Positions 1 to 11,760 of a stretch of 31,250 nucleotides of DNA are shown here, one piece after another (position 1 is the first letter of the stretch; every line of letters begins with the position of its first letter). The position numbers were made by a program, and so were the translations under genes. The notes below the pieces were generated by a model that was given only the letters and a program-made list of their open reading frames with translations, had not been told where the DNA came from and made no database searches. The stretch is from NCBI GenBank assembly GCA_003135555.1, contig PLCF01000019.1, positions 1 to 31,250 on the forward strand, read 5' to 3'. Source of the DNA: Vulcanimicrobiota bacterium (lineage in GTDB: Bacteria > Vulcanimicrobiota > Vulcanimicrobiia > Vulcanimicrobiales > Vulcanimicrobiaceae).

Positions 1-734
1 ACCACCCCGTTGAAAAACCCGTGGTCGTGCGCGGTCAGGAACCGCACCGCGTCGGCGACGTCTTCCCACGACCCCGCATGACCGGTCGGGTTCTTCGCCG
101 CGATCGTTTGGGCCGCATTGCGCGAGGCCGTTTTATCGCGAATGTCGCCCGGCTCGACCACGTTGACCGTGATGCCGTTGGCGCCTTCCTCGAGTGCGAG
201 CGCGCGCGCAAAGGTGACCAGCCCGGCTTTCGCCGCACCGTAAAGCGCGAGCCCGCGCGCCGGGCGCGTCGCCGATGAACCGTTCATCCCGAAGAAGACG
301 AGCCGGCCGTAGCGCCGTGCGCGCATCCCGGGCAAAACCGCGAACGCCAATCCGACCGCTGAGCCGAGATTGCCCTCGATCATCGCGCGATAGTCGTCCG
401 GCGTGCAACGCGCGAAGCGCTTGAGCACCATCGGGCCGACGCCGTGCACGAGCACCTCGAGCGGCCCCAGCGCAGCTTCCGCGGCTTCCACGGCCTGTGC
501 GGCGGCGTCGGGCTGGTCGAAGTCGGCCGGGATCGCCACGGCCTCCGAACCGCCGGAACGCAGCAGCGCCAGCGTCGCATCGGGGGGTGTGCCGCCGGGC
601 CGGTACGTGAACGCGACCCGCTCGCCGGCGCTTGCGAAAGCCAGCGCGATCCCTTGGGCCAGCCCGGCAGCCGCCCCGGTGATCAGGACGGCCCGAGCAG
701 ACCGTCCGTCGTGACCGTCGACCGAAGGGGGCAC
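1..734 (-). CDS. SDR family oxidoreductase (3' end runs off the window)
   Basis: Not in the ORF track. Manual translation gives AVLITGAAAGLAQGIA (TGxxxGxA), LYGAAKAGL (YxxxK), GITVNVVEPG and EDVADAVRFL. Putative GTG start at 734. Confidence 0.88.
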   Translation of the reverse strand, partial: MPPSVDGHDGRSARAVLITGAAAGLAQGIALAFASAGERVAFTYRPGGTPPDATLALLRSGGSEAVAIPADFDQPDAAAQAVEAAEAALGPLEVLVHGVGPMVLKRFARCTPDDYRAMIEGNLGSAVGLAFAVLPGMRARRYGRLVFFGMNGSSATRPARGLALYGAAKAGLVTFARALALEEGANGITVNVVEPGDIRDKTASRNAAQTIAAKNPTGHAGSWEDVADAVRFLTAHDHGFFNGV

Positions 735-783
735 GGCGAATCCGTGAGACGCCGGATGCGCCGCGCCCTTCTCGGCAACCGCC

Positions 784-1911
784 CTATTGGATGGAGACTC
801 GCTCCTGGACCGGGACCGCGGTCGCGCCGGTCTGCGTGTCGGTCGCGTTGATGGCAATCGCGAGCTGGGTACCGGACGGCGCCTGGATGCTCACCTGCTG
901 GGCGAAGCCCCCGTTAGCGTTGGCAGTGACCACGTAGCTCGCGGTGTTCCCCTGGTTACCGCTGCCGCCCAGGATCGCGCCGATGAGCCCGCCGATCGTC
1001 GTCTGACCGCTGCTCGCGGCGCCGATCTGGATCGTCACCCGGGCGCCGGGCGTCGTGCGGCCCGAAACGGTGAACGTGCTGCCGACCGTCGCGCCGTCAG
1101 CCGGACGAACGTTGGTGATCTGCCCGACCGACGCCGTGGACGTCCCCGACGAGAAGCGCCAACTGCGGCTGAACGGGTTGCCGCTGGTGTCCGTGCCGCG
1201 CACCTGGACGGCGTGCTCGCCGGCTTGCAGCGGCGAGCGCGTAGCGTAGGAGAAAAAGCGCGGCGAGCGCGTCGACTCGGCGGTGACGTCGAGTCCGTCG
1301 AGGGAGACTCTGACGCTGTTCGGATCGGCGGTTCCGCCGGCGAACGTCGCCTCGATGGTCGGACGCCGCGTGCTCACCGAAGCACCGCGCGCGGGAACGA
1401 GGTTGACCAGCGTGATCGCGCCGTTTTGTCCGTTGGCGTTGGGCGCCGGCGTGATCGTTTGATTCGGCGGCGCGTTGACGCCGCTCGCCGAGATCGCGAC
1501 GATGTTGTTCGCGCCGTCGTAGTTGACGTTCGCGCCGAGCGCCTGCGAGACGAAGCGCAACGGAACGTACGTCGAAGCGCCGATGATGAACGGGGCGACG
1601 TCGATCGTCTGCGGCTGTCCGTCAACGGTCGCCTGCTGCGAGCCGATCCGCAACGAAATGTTGTGACCGCGGCCGGTCGCGTTGATCACGCCGCCGGCAT
1701 AGACGACTGACGCGCCGAGGTTTTCGAAGATGCCGCGCAGCGGCACGAACACCCGCCCCGCGCGCTCGGTCGGCGGCGGATTGAGACTCAACGTGGTGCC
1801 GTTGACTTGAACGGAAACCGGCCCCGCCGCCGTGGCCGGCACGACGAGCATCGTCGTCAGCAGAGCGGCCGCGGCGAGCGCCGACAGGCTTCGTGTGGTG
1901 AATGAAATCAT
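784..1911 (-). CDS. Secreted copper-amine-oxidase N-terminal (stalk) domain protein with C-terminal Ig-like beta domains
   Basis: Signal peptide followed by GRVFVPLRGIFENLGASV and APFIIGASTYVPLRFVSQALGANVNYD stalk motifs. GGAGG lies upstream of ATG 1911. Confidence 0.85.
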   Translation of the reverse strand: MISFTTRSLSALAAAALLTTMLVVPATAAGPVSVQVNGTTLSLNPPPTERAGRVFVPLRGIFENLGASVVYAGGVINATGRGHNISLRIGSQQATVDGQPQTIDVAPFIIGASTYVPLRFVSQALGANVNYDGANNIVAISASGVNAPPNQTITPAPNANGQNGAITLVNLVPARGASVSTRRPTIEATFAGGTADPNSVRVSLDGLDVTAESTRSPRFFSYATRSPLQAGEHAVQVRGTDTSGNPFSRSWRFSSGTSTASVGQITNVRPADGATVGSTFTVSGRTTPGARVTIQIGAASSGQTTIGGLIGAILGGSGNQGNTASYVVTANANGGFAQQVSIQAPSGTQLAIAINATDTQTGATAVPVQERVSIQ

Positions 1912-2039
1912 CGAGTACGAGGACCTCCGAGCTTGCATGTTGCCGAAGGTCCACTTACCCGTTCTCAGCGATTTCGCAGACGATCCCGTGCATTTCCCGT
2001 TCGAATCCGTCGCGGTACGTCCGAGATACTACCGAGCGA

Positions 2040-5000
2040 TCAGTCGCCCATGGCACCAGCCGGAATGTGCTCGGGTGTGCGCGATTCGTCGTCCGAGGGT
2101 TCGCGGCGCTCGGCCCGTGGCGCACGCCAATCCGCAAACCATCCGCCGACTCTATTGGCGGTCACGTACATCGCCGGAACGAGGAACAGCGTCAGGAACA
2201 GCGAGCTTAGCAGGCCGCCGATCAACACGATTCCCATCGACTGCCGAACTTCGGCACCTTCGGTGCGGCCCATCGCCAGTGGCAGCATGCCGAACACCAT
2301 CGCCGCGGTGGTCATCACGATCGGACGCAAACGCGTACCGCCGGCGGTGAGCATCGCTTCGATGTAGGTCAGGCCGCGTTTGCGCAGCGTGTTGGCGTAG
2401 TCGACGAGCAAGATCCCGTTCTTCGCGACGAGACCCAACAGCATCACCAGCCCGATTCCGGAGAAGAGGTTGATGGTTTGGTGTGTGATCGACAGCGCGA
2501 GAAATGCCCCGATCAGCGCCACGGGTATCGAGAACATGATGACGAACGGCGTGACGAACGATCCGTAGAGGATCACCATCAGGCAATAGATCAGCAAGAT
2601 CGAGGTGACCAGCGCAAACGCCATCGAGACCAGGAACTCCATGAAATACTTCGAGTCGCCCTCGGTGCCGAGCGTGACGCCGGAGGGCAGGAAGCCTGGG
2701 AGCGCGAGCTGGCGGTTCACCTTGCCGATCACTTCACCCAGCGTTGTCTTGGTGCGGTCGATGTCGCCGTTGACCCGCACGATGACCTGCTTGTCGAGGT
2801 GCTCGATCTTCGTCGGCGCGCGGTCCGAGGTGAATGATGCCACTCGTCCGAGCGGAACCAACGAACCATCGGTGGCGCGAACCGGGATGCGTTGGATCTC
2901 GTCGAGCGAGTTGCGGTTCGTAACCGGATACTCGAGCAGGACGTTCACCAGCCCGTTCCAGGTTCGCACTTTGGTCGCGATCGCGCCCCCGACTGCCGTG
3001 CGCGCTACGATCGCGGCCGCGCCGGGCGAGACGCCCAGCAGGGCGGCACGCTCGGGGTCGATCCGAATGCTGAGGTGCGGCGCCTCGTTCTCCGTGCCGG
3101 TCTGCACGTTGACCGTACCCGGGATCGTACGGATGAACGCGGCAAGCTTGCTAGCTGCCGATTGAATCACATCGCCGGGTCCGGAGAGGGTGTATGCGAC
3201 CGGGAGTCCGCTCCCGCCGCCGCCGCGCCCGGAGATCGTAACCTCGGCGCCCTTCGCCAGCGGCGGAAGCAGCGGGCGCAGCTTTGCGACGACGTCGTCC
3301 TGTTCGCGCCGGTACTCCTTCTGCAGCGTGATGTTGAATTGCCCGACGAAGCCGCCGTTGATCGAGCCGTATCCGTCCGGCTTGGAGCCGGCGTACGTGC
3401 GGACGGTGTCGATGTGCGGCAGCTTGAGAACTTCACGTTCGATGCGGACGAGCGTCGCTTCGGTGGTCGCGAGCGGCGTGCCGACCGGGAAGGTCAGGTT
3501 GCCGTGAATCTGGCCTCGCTTGACGTCGGGGACGAACTCGCTTTGGATGCCGCGATTCGTACCCGAAATGAGGAGCAGGCCGCCCGCGGCGGCGAGGCAC
3601 ACGAGCGCTGATCCCAACGTCGCCCCGGTATGCATCTCGCTAACCCGGATGCCGGCAACGAGGTCGATCTGGTTGAGCATGCGCCCGAAGACGAAACCCC
3701 ATGCCAGCACGACGACGGCGAAAACAGCATCCGCAATCGCCATGTAAACCATCATCTGCTCGCCCGCCGCCAGCATCAGCGCATTGAGTACAAGCAGGAG
3801 ACTCAGCCAGAACGTCATCCAGCGGTGCCGCAGGGCCAGCGGCAGCGCGGCGTCACGGTACCACACAGTCGTGCGTTCGAACGCGCGCTGGAACCACACC
3901 AGATACTTCGGCGGGGCGATGGAACGTTTCTTCACCGACCACCTTGCCGCGAGCACCGGCGTCAGCGTGAACGAGACGAACAGCGAGAAGAGCGTCGCCA
4001 CCGTAACGACGATCCCGAACTCCTTGAGGTACTGGCCCACGAAGCCGCTCAGGAATGCCAAGGGCAGGAAGACGACGACGTCGACGAGCGTGATGGCGAT
4101 TGCCGCGCCGCCGATCTCAGTGCGTCCGCTGATCGCGGCATCGTTGGGCGACTGGCCCAGATCACGATGCCTGGTGATGTTTTCGAGGATGACGATCGAA
4201 TCGTCGACCAGGATCCCGATGATGAGCGACAGCCCCATGAGCGACACGTTGTCCAGCGTCAGCCCCATCAGCCGCATAACAATGAAGCTCGCCAGCAACG
4301 ATGAGGGGATCGCGATCATGACGACCGCGGCGTTGCGCCAGGCATGCAGGAACAGCATCAGCACGACCGCGGTGAGCAGGATCCCTTCGAGCAGCGAGGT
4401 GTTGACGCCGTTGAGCGAGGCCGTCGTGTAGTCGGCGGGCGCAAACAGCTCGTGGAAACCGATCTGCGGGTACTTCTTCATAATCTGGACCATCTGCGCG
4501 CGCACGACCTTCGTGGTTCCGACTTCATCGGAAGTGATCGTGCGGTTGATGTCGAGAATGAGCCCCGGCGCACCGTTCATGTGTGAGATTACGCGCTGTT
4601 CTTGATGCGTATCGACGACCGACGCTACTTGACGGATCTGCAGCGTCTTCTGGGAGCCGCCGGGAACGGTGAGGGGCAGCAGACCCAGGTCACTCGCCGA
4701 GTTGATCTCAGCGTGTACCGAAACGGTCGTCTCGATCGTCGGACGATCGATCCGGCCGCCGGGCAGGTTCGCGTTGTTGGCCGCGATCGCGGAAAACACG
4801 TCGGTCAAGGTCGCGCCGGCCCCGGACAGCCGCAAGGGGTCGGCTTCGACGTTGAACTGCCGCACCGCCGCACCACTCAACGAAACGCCGTTGACGCCCG
4901 GGATGTGCTGGATGTCGGAGTTGACACGATCGTTCATCATGTCGGCGAGCGCGGGCGCGGTGAGCGTCTTCGAAGCGACGGCATACGTCAGCACCGGCGC

Positions 5001-5402
5001 GTCCGCGCCGTTCTTTTGCACCGTCGGTGGATCGAGGTCGGCCGGCATGAAGACGCGCGCGGTGTCGACCCGGCGCTGGACGTCGATCGCGGCGAAGTCG
5101 AGGTTCGTGCCGAGCTGGAACTGGACGACAACGATGGCCAGGCCTTCTTGTGCCGTTGCCGTCATGTTGTCGAGGTGCTCGATCCCGTCGATCTGGTCTT
5201 CGATCGGCTTGATGACGAGCCGTTCCATCTCGGCCGGCGACGCGCCGGGATACGACGCGACCGCGAAGACGATTGGGAAGTCGACGTTCGGCTGCGAGTT
5301 CTTGCCCAACGCAAAATATGAGGTGACGCCGTATGCCGCGAGCGCGATAAAAAACATCGCGACGATGATCGGGCGCTGGATCGAAAACCGCGTCAACCAC
5401 AT
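2040..5402 (-). CDS. RND efflux transporter permease (AcrB/AcrD/AcrF family)
   Basis: 1120 aa; YPGASPAEME, GILVDDSIVILEN (TM4 Asp pair), GLVAKNGIL (TM10 Lys) and RLRPIVMTT. Confidence 0.96.
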   Translation of the reverse strand: MWLTRFSIQRPIIVAMFFIALAAYGVTSYFALGKNSQPNVDFPIVFAVASYPGASPAEMERLVIKPIEDQIDGIEHLDNMTATAQEGLAIVVVQFQLGTNLDFAAIDVQRRVDTARVFMPADLDPPTVQKNGADAPVLTYAVASKTLTAPALADMMNDRVNSDIQHIPGVNGVSLSGAAVRQFNVEADPLRLSGAGATLTDVFSAIAANNANLPGGRIDRPTIETTVSVHAEINSASDLGLLPLTVPGGSQKTLQIRQVASVVDTHQEQRVISHMNGAPGLILDINRTITSDEVGTTKVVRAQMVQIMKKYPQIGFHELFAPADYTTASLNGVNTSLLEGILLTAVVLMLFLHAWRNAAVVMIAIPSSLLASFIVMRLMGLTLDNVSLMGLSLIIGILVDDSIVILENITRHRDLGQSPNDAAISGRTEIGGAAIAITLVDVVVFLPLAFLSGFVGQYLKEFGIVVTVATLFSLFVSFTLTPVLAARWSVKKRSIAPPKYLVWFQRAFERTTVWYRDAALPLALRHRWMTFWLSLLLVLNALMLAAGEQMMVYMAIADAVFAVVVLAWGFVFGRMLNQIDLVAGIRVSEMHTGATLGSALVCLAAAGGLLLISGTNRGIQSEFVPDVKRGQIHGNLTFPVGTPLATTEATLVRIEREVLKLPHIDTVRTYAGSKPDGYGSINGGFVGQFNITLQKEYRREQDDVVAKLRPLLPPLAKGAEVTISGRGGGGSGLPVAYTLSGPGDVIQSAASKLAAFIRTIPGTVNVQTGTENEAPHLSIRIDPERAALLGVSPGAAAIVARTAVGGAIATKVRTWNGLVNVLLEYPVTNRNSLDEIQRIPVRATDGSLVPLGRVASFTSDRAPTKIEHLDKQVIVRVNGDIDRTKTTLGEVIGKVNRQLALPGFLPSGVTLGTEGDSKYFMEFLVSMAFALVTSILLIYCLMVILYGSFVTPFVIMFSIPVALIGAFLALSITHQTINLFSGIGLVMLLGLVAKNGILLVDYANTLRKRGLTYIEAMLTAGGTRLRPIVMTTAAMVFGMLPLAMGRTEGAEVRQSMGIVLIGGLLSSLFLTLFLVPAMYVTANRVGGWFADWRAPRAERREPSDDESRTPEHIPAGAMGD

Positions 5403-5550
5403 AAAATGAGGACCGTCCTCTCGTCGGTCGCTCCGAGGTACAACCTCGGACGGCCCGATGTTTCGGCGGACCTACTAATTTTACCGTTGCTGGCAAACGG
5501 CTTGCTTGCCCACCCTTCAGACGACCCTTCCGGGGCTCGTCGAGGGGGCT

Positions 5551-5637
5551 TGGTGCGCGAGACTGGACTCGAACCAGCACGCCCTTGCGGGCGCTAGCCC
5601 CTCAAGCTAGTGCGTCTACCAATTCCGCCACTCGCGC
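5551..5637 (-). tRNA. tRNA-Leu(GAG)
   Basis: Reverse complement GCGCGAGTGGCGGAATTGGTAGACGCACTAGCTTGAGGGGCTAGCGCCCGCAAGGGCGTGCTGGTTCGAGTCCAGTCTCGCGCACCA: cloverleaf, GAG anticodon, long variable arm, encoded CCA. Confidence 0.97.
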
Positions 5638-5683
5638 ACAGGGCTGGCCCCCGCCGGCGAGAGCCGACAGGGACAACCACGAG

Positions 5684-5712
5684 AGTGTAGGCCATCGGCC
5701 CGGGCCACGCAA
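5684..5712 (-). promoter_or_regulatory. Putative sigma70 promoter of tRNA-Leu
   Basis: TTGCGT-N17-TACACT on the minus strand, 46 nt upstream of the mature tRNA 5' end. Confidence 0.65.
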
Positions 5713-5780
5713 TAGGGCCTCAGGCGACGCGGGTGGGACGCAGCTTCGATCCAGTCATGCCCGAAGGCCGTTTCTTGAGG

Positions 5781-8079
<2,299 letters not shown>

Positions 8080-8098
8080 GAGACTGAGAACCGATATC
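8080..8098. promoter_or_regulatory. Fur/PerR-family operator candidate
   Basis: GAGACTGAGAACCGATATC matches the classical Fur box GATAATGATAATCATTATC at 13/19 positions. It abuts the -10 element between divergent katG and the fur-like gene. Confidence 0.55.
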
Positions 8099-8132
8099 AC
8101 TCCGTACCGGAGGCTACCCCATCCCGAACGCC

Positions 8133-8594
8133 ATGTCAAGCACAGATTTCGGCCCCGCGACGGGCGCGGCTCGAGCGCTCCCGCCGAACTACCGCACGGT
8201 CCTCGACGTGGTCGAGACCGCCGGCCCGGGAAGCCATCTGACCGCTCAGGAGATCTGGGTGCGGGCCCGCGCGCTGCAGCCGCGGATAGGCTTCGCCACG
8301 GTGCATCGCGGGTTGATTCGCCTGCACGAGCTGGGCAGCGTCATGAAGATCGACGTCCCCGGCGAGGCCTCGGCGGTCTACGAACCCGCCGCCCATCCGC
8401 ACGCCCACTTCCGCTGCTCGGCCTGCGGCGCCATCGGCGACCTCGATTACGTCGTGCCGCGCGCGGCGCTGCGCCGGCTGGGCGAGCGCCACGGTATCGC
8501 GATCGAGCGCGAAGCGGTCACCTTCACCGGCCGCTGCGCGGCCTGCAACGCCGTGCCACCGGGGACCTCGGACGGGCGGTCTACACCAGCGTGA
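8133..8594 (+). CDS. Fur-family transcriptional regulator (PerR/FurA-like)
   Basis: [35 protein letters not shown] and C-terminal CAAC; divergent from katG. Confidence 0.92.
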   Translation: MSSTDFGPATGAARALPPNYRTVLDVVETAGPGSHLTAQEIWVRARALQPRIGFATVHRGLIRLHELGSVMKIDVPGEASAVYEPAAHPHAHFRCSACGAIGDLDYVVPRAALRRLGERHGIAIEREAVTFTGRCAACNAVPPGTSDGRSTPA

Positions 8595-8992
8595 ACAAGA
8601 TCGAGAAAACCGAGGCCCAGTGGCGCGCGGAGCTGCCGCCCGACAAGTACGCCGTGCTGCGTGAGGGCGCGACCGAACGGGCCTTCAGCGGCACCCTCTA
8701 TCACAACCACGCCGAGGGTGAGTATCAGTGCGCCGCCTGTCGGCACACGCTCTTCTCCTCGGCGACGAAGTTCGAGAGCGGGAGCGGTTGGCCGAGTTTC
8801 TGGGCGCCGGAGGACCGGGCCAACGTCGAGCTGGTCGAGGACCGCTCGCACGGGATGGTGCGGACCGAGGCGCGCTGCGCGCATTGCGGATCGCACCTGG
8901 GTCACGTCTTCGACGACGGCCCCAAGCCGACGGGGCAGCGGTACTGCATCAACTCGCTCGCGCTGGAGTTCGCGCCGAAAGCATCGGACTGA
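8591..8992 (+). CDS. msrB: Peptide-methionine (R)-S-oxide reductase
   Basis: [38 protein letters not shown] and RYCINS. The GTG start overlaps the fur stop (GTGA). Confidence 0.96.
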   Translation: MNKIEKTEAQWRAELPPDKYAVLREGATERAFSGTLYHNHAEGEYQCAACRHTLFSSATKFESGSGWPSFWAPEDRANVELVEDRSHGMVRTEARCAHCGSHLGHVFDDGPKPTGQRYCINSLALEFAPKASD

Positions 8993-9015
8993 ACCTCGGC
9001 CGCCGGTCCGACGAC
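8990..9015 (+). promoter_or_regulatory. Putative ECF-sigma (autoregulatory) promoter
   Basis: TGAAC-N17-CGAC, 16 nt upstream of the ECF sigma ATG; resembles generic ECF -35 AAC / -10 CGT-CGA elements. Confidence 0.45.
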
Positions 9016-9031
9016 GCACCGGAAGAAGCTG

Positions 9032-9583
9032 ATGAGTGACGACGACGACCGACGCCTGCTGGAACGCATCGCCCAACGCGACCGGGTCGCGTTCGAGACG
9101 TTCTTCGGCACGCATGGGTCGGCGGTCCACCGATTCGTCCGCGATCTCGTGCGCGACGACGGTCTGGCTGAGGAGTTGACGAGCGACGTGATGGTCGAAG
9201 TTTGGCGGAGCGCCGGAAAGTACGGCGGCCGCTCGCGAGCGCGAACCTGGGTGTTCGGCATCGCGCACCACAAAGCGATCGATGCGCTGCGCAAGCGGCG
9301 CACGACGCTGGTCCCATTGGACGATCTGCTCGGTGCGGCCAGCGAGATCGAAGGTCCCGAAGCCGTGGCGTTGCGCGCCGACGACCGGCGCCGGCTCGAA
9401 GCCGCGCTGGCATCGTTGAGCGCCGAGCACCGCGCCGTCCTCGAGCTGACCTACATCGAGGGTTTTTCGCAGAAGGAGATCGCCGAGATCGTCGACTGTC
9501 CGATCCCCACCGTCAAGACACGCGCGTTTTACGCCAAGCAGCGCCTGCGCGAAGCGCTCACCACCGCGGAGCAGCAACGATGA
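9032..9583 (+). CDS. ECF RNA polymerase sigma factor
   Basis: Region 2 (AEELTSDVMVEVWR, TWVFGIAHHKAIDALR) and region 4 (LSAEHRAVLEL, SQKEIAEIVDCPIPTVKTR). Confidence 0.95.
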   Translation: MSDDDDRRLLERIAQRDRVAFETFFGTHGSAVHRFVRDLVRDDGLAEELTSDVMVEVWRSAGKYGGRSRARTWVFGIAHHKAIDALRKRRTTLVPLDDLLGAASEIEGPEAVALRADDRRRLEAALASLSAEHRAVLELTYIEGFSQKEIAEIVDCPIPTVKTRAFYAKQRLREALTTAEQQR

Positions 9584-10785
9584 CCGAGCACGCTATCGCC
9601 GAACTGCTCCCCTTCTACGCCAACGGCACCCTCGACGAAGCCGAGCGCGCGCGCGTCGACGCGGAGCTGGCGACGTGCGCGAGCTGCGCCGCCGAACTGC
9701 GCGAGTTGCAGGCGATCGCCGCGGCCCTCACCGCCCGCGCCGCCGATGCCCCGGCGCTGCCGCGGCACGTCCTCGACGGCGCCCTGGCTCGGATCGCGAA
9801 CGCGTCGGCCGGGGGCCGCGTGACGACGCTGCGCACCGCCTGGTGGGGGACTCCGGCACGCTATGCGACGGCTGCAGCGCTCGTCGTTGGATTCGGCGCC
9901 GTGGCCGCCGCCGCGTATCACGCGCACGAGGTGCAGGTCGCGACGGAAGGTCGTGGCGAGTCGCTGCAGGTCGCGAACGTCTACCGCGTCACGCCCGGGC
10001 CCGGTCAAGGCCAGCAGCACGTCGTGCACGGTGCGCCGTTGGCGATGAAGGTCGCTCCGCAACAGCGGGCCGCCGACGCCCCGACCACGGTCGCCAAGCA
10101 GCATCGCCTGGCCAAGAAGGCGCGCATCGAGCTGCTCGTGCGCGACGTCGAGGCATCGCTCAAGGCGGCGCAGTCGACCGTGCGCGACGCGGGCGGCGAC
10201 GTGACGGCGCTCAACGACGCCACCCCGAGCACGGCCGGCACCGTCCACGGCGCGACGATCGACGTCGAAGTTCCCGCCGATCGGCTCGACGGAACGCTCG
10301 ATGCGCTGGGACGGCTGGGCGCGGTACAGACGCGCGCGATCGACGCCGAGGACCTCGACGCGTCGATCGTCGACCAAGAGGCTCGACTGCGCAACCTGCG
10401 CCGGGCTGAGGTCGACTTGCGCGCGCTCATGGACAAGGGCGGCAAGGTCGACGACATCCTCAACGTGCAGCAGCGGCTCAGCGAGACGCGCGGTCAGATC
10501 GAGCAACTCGACGCGCAGCACCGCCACGATCTGCACCGCGTCGCGACGAGCACGATCCAAGTCACGCTCACCGAGGACCGTCCCAACACCGCGCCGGCCA
10601 AACCCGGTCCCACCGCGCGCATCGACGGCGCCTGGCACAGCGGTCTGGACACCCTCGCGGACACTGTCATCTCGCTGCTCGCCACGATCGCCTGGTGCGC
10701 AGCCTTCTCCCCGATCGCAATCGCGCTGGGCGGACTCGGCTACGCCGCCACGCGCCTGTTGCGGCGGCGCCCCGCCTCAGCCTAG
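9580..10785 (+). CDS. Membrane anti-sigma factor: zf-HC2/ZAS-like N-terminus, TM helix, DUF4349-like domain, C-terminal TM
   Basis: ATGA overlap with the sigma gene; ELLPFYANGTLDEAERARVDAELATCASC; TM ATAAALVVGFGAVAAA; DUF4349-like EDLDASIVDQEARLRNL and ILNVQQRLSETRGQIEQL. Confidence 0.82.
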   Translation: MTEHAIAELLPFYANGTLDEAERARVDAELATCASCAAELRELQAIAAALTARAADAPALPRHVLDGALARIANASAGGRVTTLRTAWWGTPARYATAAALVVGFGAVAAAAYHAHEVQVATEGRGESLQVANVYRVTPGPGQGQQHVVHGAPLAMKVAPQQRAADAPTTVAKQHRLAKKARIELLVRDVEASLKAAQSTVRDAGGDVTALNDATPSTAGTVHGATIDVEVPADRLDGTLDALGRLGAVQTRAIDAEDLDASIVDQEARLRNLRRAEVDLRALMDKGGKVDDILNVQQRLSETRGQIEQLDAQHRHDLHRVATSTIQVTLTEDRPNTAPAKPGPTARIDGAWHSGLDTLADTVISLLATIAWCAAFSPIAIALGGLGYAATRLLRRRPASA

Positions 10786-10829
10786 ACCGATCCACCCGAC
10801 CCCCGCCCAGCCTCGCGCTAGCCGCAATC

Positions 10830-11756
10830 CTACGGCATATTCGGGTCGAGCGCGTCGCGCAGACCGTCGCCGAGATAGTTGATGGAGAGCACGGTGACGA
10901 GGATGCACAGGCCGGGGAAGATCGCGACCCACGGACCTTGGGTCATGTTCGACTGCGCGTTGGCGAGCATGTTGCCCCACGACGCGGTCGGCGGCTGAAT
11001 CCCAAAGCCCAGAAACGACAGCGTCGATTCGAGGATGATGACGTTGGCGACTTCGAGCGTCGCCTGCACGATGATCGGCGCCATCGCGTTGGGCAGCAGG
11101 TGCCGGAAGATGATGCGCCCGTCACGGTTCCCCAGCGCCTTGGCGGCCTCGGCGAACTCGCGCTCGCGCAGCGAGAGGAACGACGCACGCACGAGCCGGG
11201 CGACCGCCGGCCACGACAAGCCGCCGATGATCAGCACGATCACGGCGAAGTTGAGCGACGCCCGGGTCGACGTGCCCGCGACGATCGCGGTGATCACCAG
11301 CAGCAGCGGCAGCAGCGGGATCGAGAGCACCACATCGGTGACCCGCATGATGACGAAGTCGACCCAGCCGCCGTAGTATCCGGAGATCGCGCCCAGGAAC
11401 GTCCCGATCGAGATCTCCATGATCACCGCGAACAGCGCGACGGTGAGCGAGATGCGCGCGCCGAACATCAACCGCGCCAAGAGGTCGCGTCCGTTCTCGT
11501 CGGTCCCCAGGATGTGCCCGCCGATCCCGGGCGCGACCGGATAGCCGTTCCAGTGGACCTGATCGATGAAGTCCGGGTTGGCCGGCGTGATGAAGTTGGC
11601 CAGGATCGCGATCAGCGCCATGATCGAGATGATGACGAGCCCGATCAGCGCGACCTTGTGGCGGCGGAAGCGGCGCCAGACGGTGTTGCGTGTCGGCGCC
11701 ATCTCTTCGACGTACGGGATGCCGGCGGGCGGGACGAGCGGGAGTGTCGCTGCCAT
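10830..11756 (-). CDS. Peptide/nickel ABC transporter permease (OppC/DppC-like)
   Basis: HILGTDENGRDLLARLMFGARISL, EAA loop REFAEAAKALG, and YLGDGLRDALDP. Confidence 0.95.
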   Translation of the reverse strand: MAATLPLVPPAGIPYVEEMAPTRNTVWRRFRRHKVALIGLVIISIMALIAILANFITPANPDFIDQVHWNGYPVAPGIGGHILGTDENGRDLLARLMFGARISLTVALFAVIMEISIGTFLGAISGYYGGWVDFVIMRVTDVVLSIPLLPLLLVITAIVAGTSTRASLNFAVIVLIIGGLSWPAVARLVRASFLSLREREFAEAAKALGNRDGRIIFRHLLPNAMAPIIVQATLEVANVIILESTLSFLGFGIQPPTASWGNMLANAQSNMTQGPWVAIFPGLCILVTVLSINYLGDGLRDALDPNMP

Positions 11757-11760
11757 GCGC

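Noticed and set aside
5520..5541. Hairpin GACGAGCCC...GGGTCGTC downstream of the tRNA as an intrinsic terminator
   Set aside because: Bulged stem with no U-tract; unsupported.
5400..5780. tRNA-Leu as a genomic-island attachment site
   Set aside because: No integrase, and no duplicate of the tRNA 3' end noticed in the window.
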